This document shows positions 63,611 to 64,000 of a stretch of DNA of 64,000 nucleotides, piece by piece. The notes under the pieces are model-generated. The model saw nothing but the letters and a program-made list of their open reading frames with translations. It ran no database searches and was not told where the DNA came from. The position numbers were made by a program, and so were the translations under genes. Source of the stretch: Chiloscyllium plagiosum (lineage: Eukaryota). The DNA is taken from the NCBI RefSeq assembly GCF_004010195.1, contig NC_057720.1, positions 72,530,893 to 72,594,892 of the forward strand, given 5' to 3'. Positions within the stretch are counted from its first letter, which is position 1; each line of letters begins with the position of its first letter.

Positions 63611-64000
63611 TATAAGAATCCAGTCAACACTTAGTAAGGAGAGCATCTGGGGTTTTGTAAAATAGGATAGGAGAGTTGATCTACCTAGGGGATACCTAAA
63701 AAGTAAAAGAGTAAAGGGACACATAGCTATCATCAAGGCAATTGAGTTTTAGTTATTATTAAACAAAAAGAATCACAAGCTTATATTTAGAAAAAGAATC
63801 TCCAGAAAAAACATTCAATCAACAAATGTTGAAGAGCGTTTTACACTGGAGGTTAAGCTTAATGCTTAACCTGAAGATCTGGGAATGCATCAGATGTAGA
63901 TTAGATTGCATCCATCCAGATTCCAGCTTCTTGCCAATGTTACCGGATACTGGGACACCCTCACTAACATAGTGCAATCAAGTTGACAAGATTCACCTCC

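Noticed and set aside
1-64000. CRISPR arrays, operons or other prokaryotic systems
   Set aside because: The sequence is vertebrate repeat-rich DNA with no regularly spaced repeat-spacer array or gene-dense region.

Overview
Eukaryotic, repeat-dense, apparently intronic or intergenic vertebrate DNA, most likely from an elasmobranch (shark or ray). The basis is about ten HE1/V-SINE-type SINEs, many CR1-like LINE fragments and a DeuSINE-like relic. No host exon could be supported. Positions 1-3122 are the 3' half of a class I (gamma/epsilon-related, HERV-I/IP-like) endogenous retrovirus: a disrupted RNase H-integrase, then an env cut off just before TM and fused to the 3' LTR. The most striking hidden layer is at least 12 Penelope-like (PLE) insertions and tiny PLE-derived elements. 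Several carry minimal hammerhead ribozyme cores (CUGANGA-stem II-GAAACGUC), 9-16 bp target-site duplications or inverted-repeat architecture. Two copies start at or next to the predicted self-cleavage site. Also present: a tRNA-SINE/5S/tRNA-SINE composite, a solo LTR with a 4-bp TSD, a degraded Copia-like integrase, and two assembly gaps (26216-26933, 61528-62027). All family assignments come from motif recognition by eye, with no database searches. Repeat boundaries are approximate.
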